Positions 20,807 to 31,217 of a DNA stretch of 64,000 bases are shown one piece after another. The stretch comes from an uncultured Flavobacterium sp. (GTDB lineage: Bacteria; Bacteroidota; Bacteroidia; Flavobacteriales; Flavobacteriaceae). The DNA lies in NCBI GenBank assembly GCA_963513255.1, contig CAUPPG010000001.1, positions 150,902 through 214,901 of the forward strand, given 5' to 3'. The notes beneath the pieces are model-generated. The model saw only the letters and a program-made list of their open reading frames with translations, had not been told where the DNA came from and did not search any database. Made by a program: the position numbers and the translations under genes. Every line of letters starts with the position of its first letter. The stretch's first letter is position 1.

Positions 20807-22147
20807 ATGAATAGTGTTTTAATTAAGAATGCCAAAATAGTAAACGAAGGGACGATTTTTGAGGGCGATGTTTTAATTGAGGATGACTTAATTGTTGAAA
20901 TTGCAGAAACGATTAGTGCTAAATCTGCTGAATGTAAAATTGTTGATGCCGAAGGAAATTTTTTAATTCCGGGAGCTATTGATGATCAAGTGCATTTTAG
21001 AGAGCCAGGTCTTACTTACAAGGGAGATATTGAATCCGAATCAAGGTCAGCGGTAGCGGGAGGAATTACTTCTTTTATAGAACAGCCTAATACGGTTCCA
21101 AATGCCGTTACTCAAGAAATTTTAGAAGAAAAATACGAGATTGCTTCCCGAAAATCATTTGCAAATTATTCGTTTATGATGGGAGCCACTAATGATAATT
21201 TGGAGGAGGTTTTAAAAACCAATCCAAAAAATGTAGCTGGAATCAAGATTTTCCTAGGTTCATCTACAGGGAATATGTTGGTGGATAATGAGGCTACTTT
21301 GGAACGTATTTTTTCAAGTACTCCGATGTTGATTGCGGTTCATTGCGAAGATGAAACGACTATTAAAAATAATTTAGCACAATATAAAGAAGAATTTGGA
21401 GAGGATGTTCCAGTGACGGCGCACCACTTGATTCGAAGTGCTGAGGCCTGTTATCTTTCATCGTCAAAAGCAATCGCTTTGGCAAAAAAAACAGGAGCAC
21501 GTTTGCATATTTTTCATTTATCAACTGCTAAAGAAATGGATTTGTTTACCAATAAAATTCCATTGGAGGACAAAAAAATTACAGCAGAGGTTTGTGTGCA
21601 TCATTTGTGGTTCACCAATGATGATTATGCTACCAAAGGCAACTTTATTAAATGGAATCCTGCGGTAAAAACAGCAGCCGATAGGGATGCACTTTGGAAA
21701 GCCCTATTAGACGATAGAATAGATGTGATTGCTACCGATCATGCACCTCATACATTAGCTGAAAAACAACAATCGTATCTGAATGCACCTTCTGGCGGAC
21801 CATTGGTTCAGCATGCTGTAGTGGCTTTATTTGAAGCGTATCATCAAGGGAAAATAAGTATTGAGAAGATTGTGGAGAAAATGTGCCATAATCCTGCTAA
21901 AATTTTCAAAATTGAAAAGCGTGGATTCATTAAAGAAGGCTATTATGCTGATTTGGTTATTGTCAATGCAGGTTTGCCTTGGAGTGTTAAAAAAGAAAAT
22001 ATTTTGTCTAAATGCGGTTGGTCACCATTTGAAGGATATACTTTTAAATCAAGAATTACACATACATTTGTAAATGGGCAATTGGTTTATAACGCTTTTA
22101 AAGTAAAAGATATCCGTGCTGGAAAACGATTATTGTTTAATAGGTAG
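20807..22147 (+). CDS. pyrC: Dihydroorotase
   Basis: DDQVHFREPG, KWNPAVK, ATDHAPH. Confidence 0.92.
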   Translation: MNSVLIKNAKIVNEGTIFEGDVLIEDDLIVEIAETISAKSAECKIVDAEGNFLIPGAIDDQVHFREPGLTYKGDIESESRSAVAGGITSFIEQPNTVPNAVTQEILEEKYEIASRKSFANYSFMMGATNDNLEEVLKTNPKNVAGIKIFLGSSTGNMLVDNEATLERIFSSTPMLIAVHCEDETTIKNNLAQYKEEFGEDVPVTAHHLIRSAEACYLSSSKAIALAKKTGARLHIFHLSTAKEMDLFTNKIPLEDKKITAEVCVHHLWFTNDDYATKGNFIKWNPAVKTAADRDALWKALLDDRIDVIATDHAPHTLAEKQQSYLNAPSGGPLVQHAVVALFEAYHQGKISIEKIVEKMCHNPAKIFKIEKRGFIKEGYYADLVIVNAGLPWSVKKENILSKCGWSPFEGYTFKSRITHTFVNGQLVYNAFKVKDIRAGKRLLFNR

Positions 22148-22152
22148 TTGGG

Positions 22153-22593
22153 ATGAAGAAGATAGTACCATTTTTAGCGATTTTGACCTTTTTAGGCTGT
22201 AAAGAAGATTTGGTGAAGCAACCAAAGCATCTTATCGAAAGATCTCAGATGGTCAATATTATGTATGATTTATCGTTGTTAGAAGCTATTAAGTACCAAA
22301 ATCCAGCAGTTTTAGATTCCAATCAAATCCGACCGAAACAATTTATTTATAAAAAGTACAAAATAGACAGCTTGCAATTGGCACAAAATAATGTGTATTA
22401 CGCTTCCGATTATAAAAACTACAAAATTATGTTTGACGAAGTAGTGAAGCGCATAGAAAATGACAAGAAAAAAGCATCGGCATTAATTAAAGCGGAAGAA
22501 AAGAAAAACAAACTCCGACTGGCAAAACTAAAAAAGAAAAAGCAACAGAATGCTAAAGCCAAAAATTCTTTACCACAATTCGTGAAAAAATAA
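22153..22593 (+). CDS. DUF4296 lipoprotein
   Basis: Lipobox FLGC, IYKKYKIDS..NNVYYAS, Lys-rich tail. Confidence 0.78.
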   Translation: MKKIVPFLAILTFLGCKEDLVKQPKHLIERSQMVNIMYDLSLLEAIKYQNPAVLDSNQIRPKQFIYKKYKIDSLQLAQNNVYYASDYKNYKIMFDEVVKRIENDKKKASALIKAEEKKNKLRLAKLKKKKQQNAKAKNSLPQFVKK

Positions 22594-22596
22594 ATA

Positions 22597-22645
22597 AACT
22601 CTAAAAAAAAGCAGCACTATTGAAGTGCTGCTTTTTTTTAGAGTT
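22597..22645. terminator. Bidirectional terminator
   Basis: AACTCTAAAAAAAAGCAGCACT-attga-AGTGCTGCTTTTTTTTAGAGTT between convergent genes. Confidence 0.85.
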
Positions 22646-22652
22646 AACTTCC

Positions 22653-25600
22653 TTATTCTTTCTCTCGTCCAAAACGTTCAAAGACACTAATGTAGGTGTT
22701 GAAAGTTTTTTTAGACTTGTTATAAAAAGCTAGGTCGTTACTCTCTTTCATAATTTCTAATAGTCCTCTATAACGCTCAATGTCGGTAATAATTTCCGTG
22801 GCGATATCGACTTGCTCTATTGCTGAAAGTTGACTGTAATAATCAAGATTTTCAGTATATTTTTTAATTAATTGGCTGAGTAATTGCTGTGCTTTTGCTT
22901 TTTCACCTACTTCATAATACCCTTTTGCAAAAGGATCAACTAAAGAATAGTAGTCAAATTTATCCACGGGCATTTTGGTCATCGCTAAATCAATTACATT
23001 TTTCGCCTTCTCTCTTTTGCCTTCTTTAATTAATTGATTCATTAATCGAGATAAATTCATGCGGTAGGTAATGCTATTTCTACGCGTTTCTGGGTCGTGA
23101 TAAATAGTAGGGCTTTCACTATTACCCCAATCCCAATGCATTATTTTATTGTACATCACTTCAGAATCAATTCCTCCCATATCCATTTGACTTGCATCTT
23201 TGTCTAATGGAGTTCGAATAGGAACTAATTTGTACACCATTCCTTCTAGTTGGAGAAATTCTTTCATCCAAAGATAGTCGTCGCTATCAAAAGCACCACC
23301 GCTAAAATAGATAGGTCTTTTCCAATTATTGTTAGCTACTAAGTCTAACATCATCAATCGGTTCTTATAAACAGCACTTCCTTTGATGTCAATGTCAATA
23401 GCCGAAACAATAGAATCATTGTACTGTGGACTTACCACTTTGTTTTTGATGATAGTATTTTTGTCGATAGGAATTCTGATTTTATTCGTTGGATAAAAAT
23501 GAATAGTTTGTCCATTTTGCATTTCTACCGTTGATTTTGGATTTTTGATGAAAGCGATAAAATCCTTCACATCCCAACGTGTTTCTATCTTTGGTATATG
23601 GGCTACATAATCTAATTTGTCTCCTACATATTCATTGTGTTTGAATGAAATTGGAAGCTGGTCTGATTCGTAGCTTTTCATTTTCATTTGGTCAATGTAC
23701 CAATCAGTCATAAAAAGACTGGTGTTAACAATTTTTACATCAGTTCTGAAATTTTCAATTTCCTGAGCGTACCAAAGTGGGAAAGTATCGTTGTCTCCAA
23801 TGGTAAACAAAATGGCGTTTTTGTCACAAGAACTCAAATACGCTTTAGCCATAGCTACGGCAGTATAGCGGTCAGAACGGTCGTGGTCATTCCAATTTTG
23901 GAACCCCATAAGAACGGGTACTGCTAATAAACTTCCAACAATGAAAATAGGTCCAGCAGTTTTTGGCGCTAAATAATTTTTGGCACTTTCGTAGAGCGAA
24001 TACACTCCAAAACCTATCCAAATCGCAAATACATAAAAAGATCCCACTAGAGCATAATCGCGTTCGCGAGGTTCAAAAGGTCTTTCGTTCAAGTATATTT
24101 TTAAGGCAATTCCAGTAAATAAAAATAAAGAAAGTAAGACATAAAAACTTTTTCGGTCTTTGCTGGCATGGTACATCAGTCCAATTAATCCTAAGATAAA
24201 AGGCAAAAAGAAATACACATTGCGACCTTTATTATTTAAAACATCTGAAGGTAAATTGTCTTGAGAACCCAAGTGCAAACTATCCATAAACGGAATCCCA
24301 CTAATCCAGTTTCCGTTTAAATTGTCGTATCGTCCTTGTACGTCGTTTTGACGGCCTACAAAATTCCACATCAAATACCTCCAGTACATGTAGCCAAATT
24401 GGTATTCAATCATAAAACTAAAATTGTCAACGGTAGTTGGTTTTTCAATGATTAAATAATCGCCGTAGTTTTTCAAGAAAGCCACGTATCCATCATTATC
24501 TATTTGTTTTTGTGCATAGGCTTGTCTAAATTCCGTTACAACTTTTTCAATTTCTCCTTTAAGTTGTGCAATGGCTTTGTTGTATTCTTCTTCAGTTAAC
24601 TGATTAACGTCAATTCCATATTTGGCTAAGTCTTCTTCAAAAGGATAATCGTAATTAATTTTGAATTCAGGCGGACTAGTAAAATTGATATAATTTTCGA
24701 CATGTTCAGGGCTCCACAATCTTGGTAAAAATGTCTTTTGGTTGTCATCGCTGTTTTGTTCTGCATTTTTGAAATTATTGGTAATAGCATATTTACCTGT
24801 AGTATAATCTCTTTCGTAGTTGGGTGCTTTGTCAAGATAAGGTCTCTCTTTGTCTAAACCTGCAAAAGTCTCCGTGTATTGTGGTCCGTAAAAAAGCGGG
24901 TTTACACCGTATTGTTCCCTGTTGTAGTAGGCAAGTACCTCGGCCGCATCCGAAGGTTTGTTTTCGTTAATTACGGTATTGGCATTGGCACGAATAGGCA
25001 ACATCATCCAAGTTGAGAATCCAATTAAAATGAACAATGTACAAAGTATAATCGTGTTGTAAAAAACTAATCCTTTTTGTTTGGTGTAACGCAACCCAAA
25101 ATAGAAAAATGCAATCAATAAAAGGGTTACAAAAATGGTTCCCGAGTTGAAAGGCAATCCCATTTCATTGACCATGAAAATTTCGGTTTTACCAAAGAAT
25201 GCCATGGTTAAAGGCAATAGCATTTTGAAGATGAACAACAAAATCGAAATCACTACTACATTGGCAATAATGAAATTTTTAACGGTAACGGTTTTGTAAT
25301 TTTTGAAAAAATATAAAAATCCAATCGCTGGAATGGTCAATAAAGCCATGAAGTGAACTCCAAAAGAAAGTCCAATAACAAGTGAAATAATTAACAACCA
25401 TCTGTCTCCTCTTGGGGTATCCATTTCTTGTTCCCAACGCAAGCCTAGCCAAAGTAACAGGGCAATCAATAAAGAAGCCATGGCATACACTTCGGCCTCT
25501 ACAGCATTGAACCAAAAACTATCTGAAAAAGTAAAGGCTAAAGCGCCTACTAGCGAACTTCCAAGAATAACAATAGAGTTGTCTTTGTTAATTACATTAT

Positions 25601-25934
25601 ACGAACCGATGATTTTTTTCAAAATCATACTAGACGACCAAAATAAAAACAGAATAGTAAATGCGCTAGAAACCACCGAGGTCATATTGACCATCAAAGC
25701 AATATGCTCTTTGTCAATAGCAAACATAGCGAAAAATGCTCCAATCATTTGAAATAAAGGCGCTCCAGGTGGGTGGCCTACTTCTAATTTTGCGGCTGTA
25801 GCGATATACTCTCCACAATCCCAGAAACTCATCGTTGGTTCAACGGTAAGGGTGTAAGTTACTAATGCTACCGCAAATGCAAACCAACCTAAAATAGTAT
25901 TCCATTTATTAAAATTGAAATCGGCTTTATTCAT
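22653..25934 (-). CDS. DUF2723 membrane protein (TMEM260-like GT-C glycosyltransferase)
   Basis: FWDCGEYI, HPPGAPLF, EAEVYA, EPRERDY, GDNDTFPLWY; many TM segments. Confidence 0.88.
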   Translation of the reverse strand: MNKADFNFNKWNTILGWFAFAVALVTYTLTVEPTMSFWDCGEYIATAAKLEVGHPPGAPLFQMIGAFFAMFAIDKEHIALMVNMTSVVSSAFTILFLFWSSSMILKKIIGSYNVINKDNSIVILGSSLVGALAFTFSDSFWFNAVEAEVYAMASLLIALLLWLGLRWEQEMDTPRGDRWLLIISLVIGLSFGVHFMALLTIPAIGFLYFFKNYKTVTVKNFIIANVVVISILLFIFKMLLPLTMAFFGKTEIFMVNEMGLPFNSGTIFVTLLLIAFFYFGLRYTKQKGLVFYNTIILCTLFILIGFSTWMMLPIRANANTVINENKPSDAAEVLAYYNREQYGVNPLFYGPQYTETFAGLDKERPYLDKAPNYERDYTTGKYAITNNFKNAEQNSDDNQKTFLPRLWSPEHVENYINFTSPPEFKINYDYPFEEDLAKYGIDVNQLTEEEYNKAIAQLKGEIEKVVTEFRQAYAQKQIDNDGYVAFLKNYGDYLIIEKPTTVDNFSFMIEYQFGYMYWRYLMWNFVGRQNDVQGRYDNLNGNWISGIPFMDSLHLGSQDNLPSDVLNNKGRNVYFFLPFILGLIGLMYHASKDRKSFYVLLSLFLFTGIALKIYLNERPFEPRERDYALVGSFYVFAIWIGFGVYSLYESAKNYLAPKTAGPIFIVGSLLAVPVLMGFQNWNDHDRSDRYTAVAMAKAYLSSCDKNAILFTIGDNDTFPLWYAQEIENFRTDVKIVNTSLFMTDWYIDQMKMKSYESDQLPISFKHNEYVGDKLDYVAHIPKIETRWDVKDFIAFIKNPKSTVEMQNGQTIHFYPTNKIRIPIDKNTIIKNKVVSPQYNDSIVSAIDIDIKGSAVYKNRLMMLDLVANNNWKRPIYFSGGAFDSDDYLWMKEFLQLEGMVYKLVPIRTPLDKDASQMDMGGIDSEVMYNKIMHWDWGNSESPTIYHDPETRRNSITYRMNLSRLMNQLIKEGKREKAKNVIDLAMTKMPVDKFDYYSLVDPFAKGYYEVGEKAKAQQLLSQLIKKYTENLDYYSQLSAIEQVDIATEIITDIERYRGLLEIMKESNDLAFYNKSKKTFNTYISVFERFGREKE

Positions 25935-26109
25935 GATTAAAATTGGGTTTTTATTTTAAGATGCAAAGAAAATGTTTTTTTATGTAATCAGGTGAGCATT
26001 AACAAAAAATTCTACTATTGAAATTCGTCGAGTAATGAATTGGTTTTTAGTTGGTTTCTGATGACTTTGGGTTAAACCCAAAAGTTTTTTGATAAAAACA
26101 ATCCAAAAG

Positions 26110-26140
26110 TTTGCGCAAAATAAAATTTGTATTAAATTTG
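26110..26140 (+). promoter_or_regulatory. Bacteroidota sigma-A promoter of tRNA-Gln
   Basis: TTTG (-33) at 26110-26113 and TAAATTTG (-7) at 26133-26140. Confidence 0.7.
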
Positions 26141-26160
26141 CACTCGCTTAACAGCACTGC

Positions 26161-26231
26161 TGGTCTATGGTGTAATGGTAACACAACTGTTTTTGGTGCA
26201 GTCTTTCAAGGTTCGAGTCCTTGTAGACCAA
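26161..26231 (+). tRNA. tRNA-Gln (TTG)
   Basis: Acceptor stem GGTCTA/TAGACC, D-arm GTGTAATGGTAACAC, anticodon arm ACTGT-TTTTGGT-GCAGT, T-loop GGTTCGAGTCC. CCA not encoded. Confidence 0.95.
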
Positions 26232-26234
26232 CAT

Positions 26235-26267
26235 AAAGCCTCTCAAGAAATTGAGAGGCTTTTTTTA
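26235..26267 (+). terminator. Intrinsic terminator after the tRNA
   Basis: AAAGCCTCTCAA-gaaa-TTGAGAGGCTTTTTTT. Confidence 0.85.
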
Positions 26268-26341
26268 TGTTTTTAAGATATCTAAATTATTAAAGGAAGC
26301 GATTTTAATAACTTAATTAGTATTGGTTTTGAATCAAAATT

Positions 26342-26758
26342 TTATAATTGATTTTCAGTATATTGTTTGAAATTATTCAATATGGCTTGCCAACCTGCTT
26401 CTTGAAGTTCTAAAGAATTTTGGCTTTCTGGTTCAAAATGTTCCGTAATTAATGTGGTTTGGTCCGATTTGTTTTCAAAAAGAACCGTTACTTTTCGAGA
26501 ATCCCCTAACTCAATTTGGATCTGTTTTCCCATTTCAATTTGAGTAAATCTACCCCAAAAATCGAACTCGAATGAGCCGTCTTTAGCGGCCATTATATGA
26601 TGGAATTCTCCATTCACTTCTAATAATGATGTTGATTTTGGGCAATGCCAATCAGGGCTAGCAAAATTCCATTTCGTAACATGTTGTGGTTTTGTCCAAC
26701 ATTCCCAAACAAGTGCAACGGGAGCTGCTATAGTCGCTTGTACGGTTATTAATGACAT
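26342..26758 (-). CDS. SRPBCC/AHSA1-like domain protein
   Basis: VWECWTKPQHVTKWNFAS..GWQAILNNFK. Confidence 0.85.
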   Translation of the reverse strand: MSLITVQATIAAPVALVWECWTKPQHVTKWNFASPDWHCPKSTSLLEVNGEFHHIMAAKDGSFEFDFWGRFTQIEMGKQIQIELGDSRKVTVLFENKSDQTTLITEHFEPESQNSLELQEAGWQAILNNFKQYTENQL

Positions 26759-26762
26759 AAAT

Positions 26763-27752
26763 TTAGATTTTTATTATTTGACGGCAATATTTCATAACTG
26801 GTTTAAAATCAGTATTTAAAGCTGATTTTATTTTATTGTTAGTATATTTATTTTTTGATTTCGAGGCTTTGGCACTAGCCCGGGATAATTTTCTTTTTTG
26901 AAAGAAAAAAGTAGATAATAACCAATCCATTCTCCAAAATACGTTCATTAGAAAAGGAGTAGCATGCCATTGAGGCCGTTTCATCTGCATGTTGTCAGCA
27001 ATACAGTTTAGGATTTCTTGAAATGAATAATTATTTTCAATCAATGTAAATCGTTCGTTTTTGATGACGCTATTCATCAATTGGACACTTGCTTCGACCA
27101 CATCAGTAACCGCTATAAATCCTGTTGTTCCGAGTGTGTAAAAAGACAATTCTTTGACAACAGCCGAAAATAAGGTGCCACTTCCTTGTTCAGGGAATCC
27201 TGGGCCTACAATAATCCCTGGATTGACAATGAGTACGTTTAAACCTTCTTGTTGTCCACGCCAAACTTCCATTTCGGCACCATATTTTGAGATGGCATAA
27301 TCACTATGGGGTTTTTCTGGATTCCATTCGGTTGTTTCAGAAATAATAGTTTCGGCTGAAGTTGGATCTCCCAAAGCGGCAATCGAACTCACAAATAGCA
27401 TTTTTTTGATGTTGTATGCCAAGCAAAAATTAACGATGTTGGCGGTGCCTTCAATATTGGTTTTCCGAATGACATCTTCGTCTTTTGGGTCAAAAGAAAT
27501 CAGAGCTGCACAGTGATAAACGAACTCAATATTTTGGAAGGCAATTTCCAAAGACGGAATGTCAAGAATATCGGCTTCGATCCATTCAATTGTTTCGAAT
27601 AAATGAAGTTTTTGATAGTGCGTAAATAAATTTTTGGTTTTTTCAATTGAAGTTATAGTTCGATACATAGCGCGCACATTTTCTCCCTGCTCTACTAAAT
27701 AAAGTAAGAGATGCGCACCCACTAAACCAGTTCCACCTGTAACTAAAATCAT
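26763..27752 (-). CDS. NAD-dependent epimerase/dehydratase
   Basis: TGGTGLVG Rossmann motif, YAISK (YxxxK). Confidence 0.9.
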   Translation of the reverse strand: MILVTGGTGLVGAHLLLYLVEQGENVRAMYRTITSIEKTKNLFTHYQKLHLFETIEWIEADILDIPSLEIAFQNIEFVYHCAALISFDPKDEDVIRKTNIEGTANIVNFCLAYNIKKMLFVSSIAALGDPTSAETIISETTEWNPEKPHSDYAISKYGAEMEVWRGQQEGLNVLIVNPGIIVGPGFPEQGSGTLFSAVVKELSFYTLGTTGFIAVTDVVEASVQLMNSVIKNERFTLIENNYSFQEILNCIADNMQMKRPQWHATPFLMNVFWRMDWLLSTFFFQKRKLSRASAKASKSKNKYTNNKIKSALNTDFKPVMKYCRQIIKI

Positions 27753-27902
27753 TTGGTAAAGATAATTTTTTTGCTACATGTTAGGAAAGTTTTCGCCGCT
27801 GAATCGCAGATTTTTTTATTTTTTATCCCGAAGTTTCGGGATTGAAATTGATTTTTGCAATTGCTATTGAAATGGCTATCTTTGCGCAAATTGATTATAA
27901 AA

Positions 27903-29198
27903 ATGAAAAATTTAGTAGAAGAATTACAATGGCGTGGCTTGGTTCATGATATCATGCCGGGAACCGAAGAACAACTTTTGAAAGAAATGACAACAACTTA
28001 TATTGGATTTGATCCGACATCTGATTCGTTGCATATTGGAAGTTTGGTACCAATTTTATTGTTAGTTCATTTGAAAAATTTTGGACATAAACCTATTGCT
28101 TTAGTAGGAGGTGCAACAGGAATGATTGGGGATCCGTCAGGAAAATCGGATGAGAGAAATTTGTTGGACGAAGTTACTTTGGCACACAATGTAGAAGGAA
28201 TCAAAGCGGTGCTTTCTCGTTTCTTGGATTTTAATTCGAAGGAAGTCAATGCCCCTGTTTTAGTGAATAATTACGATTGGATGAAAGATTTGTCGTTCAT
28301 CAATTTTGCGCGCGATGTGGGTAAACGTATTACCGTAAACTACATGATGGCAAAAGATTCGGTTAAGAAACGATTGTCTGGTGAAGGTGAAGGAATGTCG
28401 TTTACTGAGTTTACGTACCAATTGATTCAAGGATACGATTTTTATCATTTGCATAAAGAATACAACTGTTTGTTGCAAATGGGAGGTTCTGATCAATGGG
28501 GTAATATTACTACTGGAACCGAATTAGTACGTCGTATGAATGCTGAAGGTGCCAAAGCGTATGCTATGACTTGTCCTTTGATTACTAAGGCTGATGGGTC
28601 TAAATTTGGAAAATCGGAAGGCGGGAATGTTTGGTTAACGGCTGACAAAACTTCGGTTTATAAATTTTACCAATTTTGGTTGAACACGACTGATGTGGAT
28701 GCAGAAAAGTACATTAAAATTTTTACGTTTTTAGATAAAGCAACCATTGAAGCATTAATTACAGAGCATCAAGTAGCGCCACATTTGAGAGTATTGCAAA
28801 GGAAATTGGCAGAAGAAGTAACTACTCTGGTACATTCTAAAGAAGAGTTAGAAAAAGCGATTAAAGCGTCTAATATTCTTTTCGGAAATGCTTCGGCAGC
28901 TGATTTAAAGCAATTGGACGAAGCGACTTTCTTAGAAGTTTTTGACGGAGTTCCTCAGGCTGAAATTGCTAAAATCGAAATCGAAAATGGATTGGATATT
29001 GTGACGGTTTTAAATGAAAAAACAGGTTTCTTTAAATCCAATGGAGAGGCGAGAAGAGCTTTAACTGCCAATTCAATTTCGGTAAACAAAGAGAAAATTA
29101 CAGAAGAATACCAACTTTCAACCAACGATTTGATCAATAATCAGTTCGTGCTTTTACAAAGCGGAAAGAAAAACTATTTTATTGTAAGAGTGAAGTAA
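27903..29198 (+). CDS. tyrS: Tyrosine--tRNA ligase
   Basis: [27 protein letters not shown]-terminal S4 domain. Start at ATG 27903, with TATCTTTG -7 box at 27877-27884. Confidence 0.97.
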   Translation: MKNLVEELQWRGLVHDIMPGTEEQLLKEMTTTYIGFDPTSDSLHIGSLVPILLLVHLKNFGHKPIALVGGATGMIGDPSGKSDERNLLDEVTLAHNVEGIKAVLSRFLDFNSKEVNAPVLVNNYDWMKDLSFINFARDVGKRITVNYMMAKDSVKKRLSGEGEGMSFTEFTYQLIQGYDFYHLHKEYNCLLQMGGSDQWGNITTGTELVRRMNAEGAKAYAMTCPLITKADGSKFGKSEGGNVWLTADKTSVYKFYQFWLNTTDVDAEKYIKIFTFLDKATIEALITEHQVAPHLRVLQRKLAEEVTTLVHSKEELEKAIKASNILFGNASAADLKQLDEATFLEVFDGVPQAEIAKIEIENGLDIVTVLNEKTGFFKSNGEARRALTANSISVNKEKITEEYQLSTNDLINNQFVLLQSGKKNYFIVRVK

Positions 29199-29239
29199 TT
29201 TTCAGTTCCTAAAAAAATAAAATCCTAATTAGTAACTAA

Positions 29240-30586
29240 TTAGGATTTTTTTGTACCGTTAATTGTTTCAAATAATTCCAACGCATTTCCATCAGTTAAC
29301 ATGGAAACATAATGGCAAATGTGCAGCAATCGGTCGTATAGATTTTCTTTTTCTAAATCGTGTTTTTCAGGCAATAGTTGCAAAATCAATTGGTCGTAAT
29401 TGGAAGCTATTCCATTGAATTTATTGTTGAATGCCGAAATGAATTTATCCAATAAAGTTTGGATAATTTGGTAACCCACAATTTCTTTTTCGATGACTTC
29501 ACGACTTTGATAGATATTTTTCACGCTCAATTTAATAATGTCGTCCATTTGCGCTTTATACTTGCTTTTATCAGTTAGAGCATACGGAAATTTTCCTGCT
29601 AAAATGGCTTCTTCATTTTCTATAAAAACGCGAACAGCATCGTTAATTAAACTCCCAATAGCCAACGCTCTCAAATAACTAATGCGATCTTCTTTGGTGT
29701 TTAAGGTGCTGTATTTAGCACTGTCAATAGAATCTTTGACTAATTTGATTAAATATTCTAGCGCAAATTCTTCTTGGACTAAGCCTAAATTAATTCCGTC
29801 TTCAAAATCAATAATGGTGTAACAAATATCGTCTGCCGCTTCCACAAGATACGCCAAAGGATGTCTTTCAAATCCAATATCTTCTCCTGATTTATTAGGA
29901 ATTAGCCCCATGTCTTCGGCAACTTCTTCAAAGAAGGCTTTGTCACTTTGAAAGAAACCGTATTTTTTATCGGCAATATTTTTGGTTGGTTTTTTAGGTA
30001 AACTTTCTTTGGGGTATTTCATAAAAGCACCTAGGGTTGCAAATGAAATTCGTAAACCACCTTCAATTCCAGGACGATTGGCGGTTAATACCGAAAATCC
30101 GTTAGCATTGCCTTCAAAATCGATTAGATCTTGCCATTGTTTTGGAGTGAGTTGGTCTTTGTATTGTTGTCCTTTCCCAATAGAAAAATATTCGCCAATA
30201 GCTTTTTCGCCCGAATGACCAAAAGGTGGATTTCCGATATCGTGTGCCAATGAAGCAGCGGCAACAATAGCGCCAAAATCATTCATGTGGTAGCCGTGAA
30301 CTTCTTTTAAATGGGGGTATTTTTCTAAGATTTTTTTTCCTACCAATCGGCCTAAAGAACGCCCCACTACTGATACTTCTAAACTATGTGTCAAGCGGGT
30401 GTGAACAAAATCAGTTTTGGAAAGTGGGATGACTTGGGTTTTATCTTGCAAACTTCTAAATGCAGCCGAAAAGATGATACGGTCGTAATCCACTTCAAAC
30501 CCCAGACGGGTATCGTCTTGTTCTACGCGTAATCTTTTGCCTTTGTCGCCTTGTCTTTTTAATGATAAAAGTTGTTCCCAGTTCAT
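29240..30586 (-). CDS. dgt: dGTP triphosphohydrolase (HD domain)
   Basis: RSLQDKTQV, HTRLTHSLEV, AHDIGNPPFGHSGE, EAADDICY. Confidence 0.92.
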   Translation of the reverse strand: MNWEQLLSLKRQGDKGKRLRVEQDDTRLGFEVDYDRIIFSAAFRSLQDKTQVIPLSKTDFVHTRLTHSLEVSVVGRSLGRLVGKKILEKYPHLKEVHGYHMNDFGAIVAAASLAHDIGNPPFGHSGEKAIGEYFSIGKGQQYKDQLTPKQWQDLIDFEGNANGFSVLTANRPGIEGGLRISFATLGAFMKYPKESLPKKPTKNIADKKYGFFQSDKAFFEEVAEDMGLIPNKSGEDIGFERHPLAYLVEAADDICYTIIDFEDGINLGLVQEEFALEYLIKLVKDSIDSAKYSTLNTKEDRISYLRALAIGSLINDAVRVFIENEEAILAGKFPYALTDKSKYKAQMDDIIKLSVKNIYQSREVIEKEIVGYQIIQTLLDKFISAFNNKFNGIASNYDQLILQLLPEKHDLEKENLYDRLLHICHYVSMLTDGNALELFETINGTKKS

Positions 30587-30669
30587 CGCTTGGTAGTATT
30601 TGTGAATTACAAATGTAAATAAAAAAACCCGACGCTTTAGAGTCGGGTTTTTGTGAATATTTTGAAAGA

Positions 30670-31053
30670 TTAAAACGGCAAATCGTCTGGCTCTTCTTCA
30701 TTTAAATTGGTTGCTGGCGCAAAAGTTTCTGCTGTTGGCATTGGAGGGGTTTGTGAAGCAGCAGCTGGAGCTTCTGCTTGTACTTTTCCAATTCTCCATC
30801 CTTGGATAGTGTTGAAATAAACAGTTTCACCTTGTTGGTTTGTCCACTCACGACCTCTAAGGTTGATGTCAATTTTCACTTGGTCACCTACTTGGTAATT
30901 GTTTAATAAGTCACATTTGTCTTGAACAAATTGTACCAAAATATGTTGTGGGTATTGTTCGTCTGTAGTAACAACAATATCTCTTTTTTTGAAACCACCA
31001 GAACCTACTTCTTTAGTTTGGTCAATCATTTTTACTCTTCCTGTAACTTCCAT
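30670..31053 (-). CDS. DUF3127 OB-fold protein with SSB-like acidic tail
   Basis: FKKRDIVVTTDEQYPQ, NLRGREW, C-terminus EEPDDLPF. Confidence 0.85.
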   Translation of the reverse strand: MEVTGRVKMIDQTKEVGSGGFKKRDIVVTTDEQYPQHILVQFVQDKCDLLNNYQVGDQVKIDINLRGREWTNQQGETVYFNTIQGWRIGKVQAEAPAAASQTPPMPTAETFAPATNLNEEEPDDLPF

Positions 31054-31217
31054 CTGTATTATTTTTTAAGTTTATTTCTTCTTTAGATTTACAAATATAC
31101 TAACTTCTTCTTTTCTAGGCAAGAGGTCTTTTTTGGGATAGTGTCAATTTTTTCTTTGGCATAGGTCTAAAATCTTTTTCAAATTATTTCGTTACATTTA
31201 TAATCTAAATTGAATCT

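Noticed and set aside
26161-26760. tRNA-Gln as a possible integration site for an island
   Set aside because: No integrase and no duplicate of the tRNA 3' end were seen in the window; the flanking genes are ordinary.
29240-30586. dGTPase as an anti-phage defence gene
   Set aside because: It sits in a housekeeping context (tyrS, DUF3127) with no defence-island neighbours; most likely the core Dgt.
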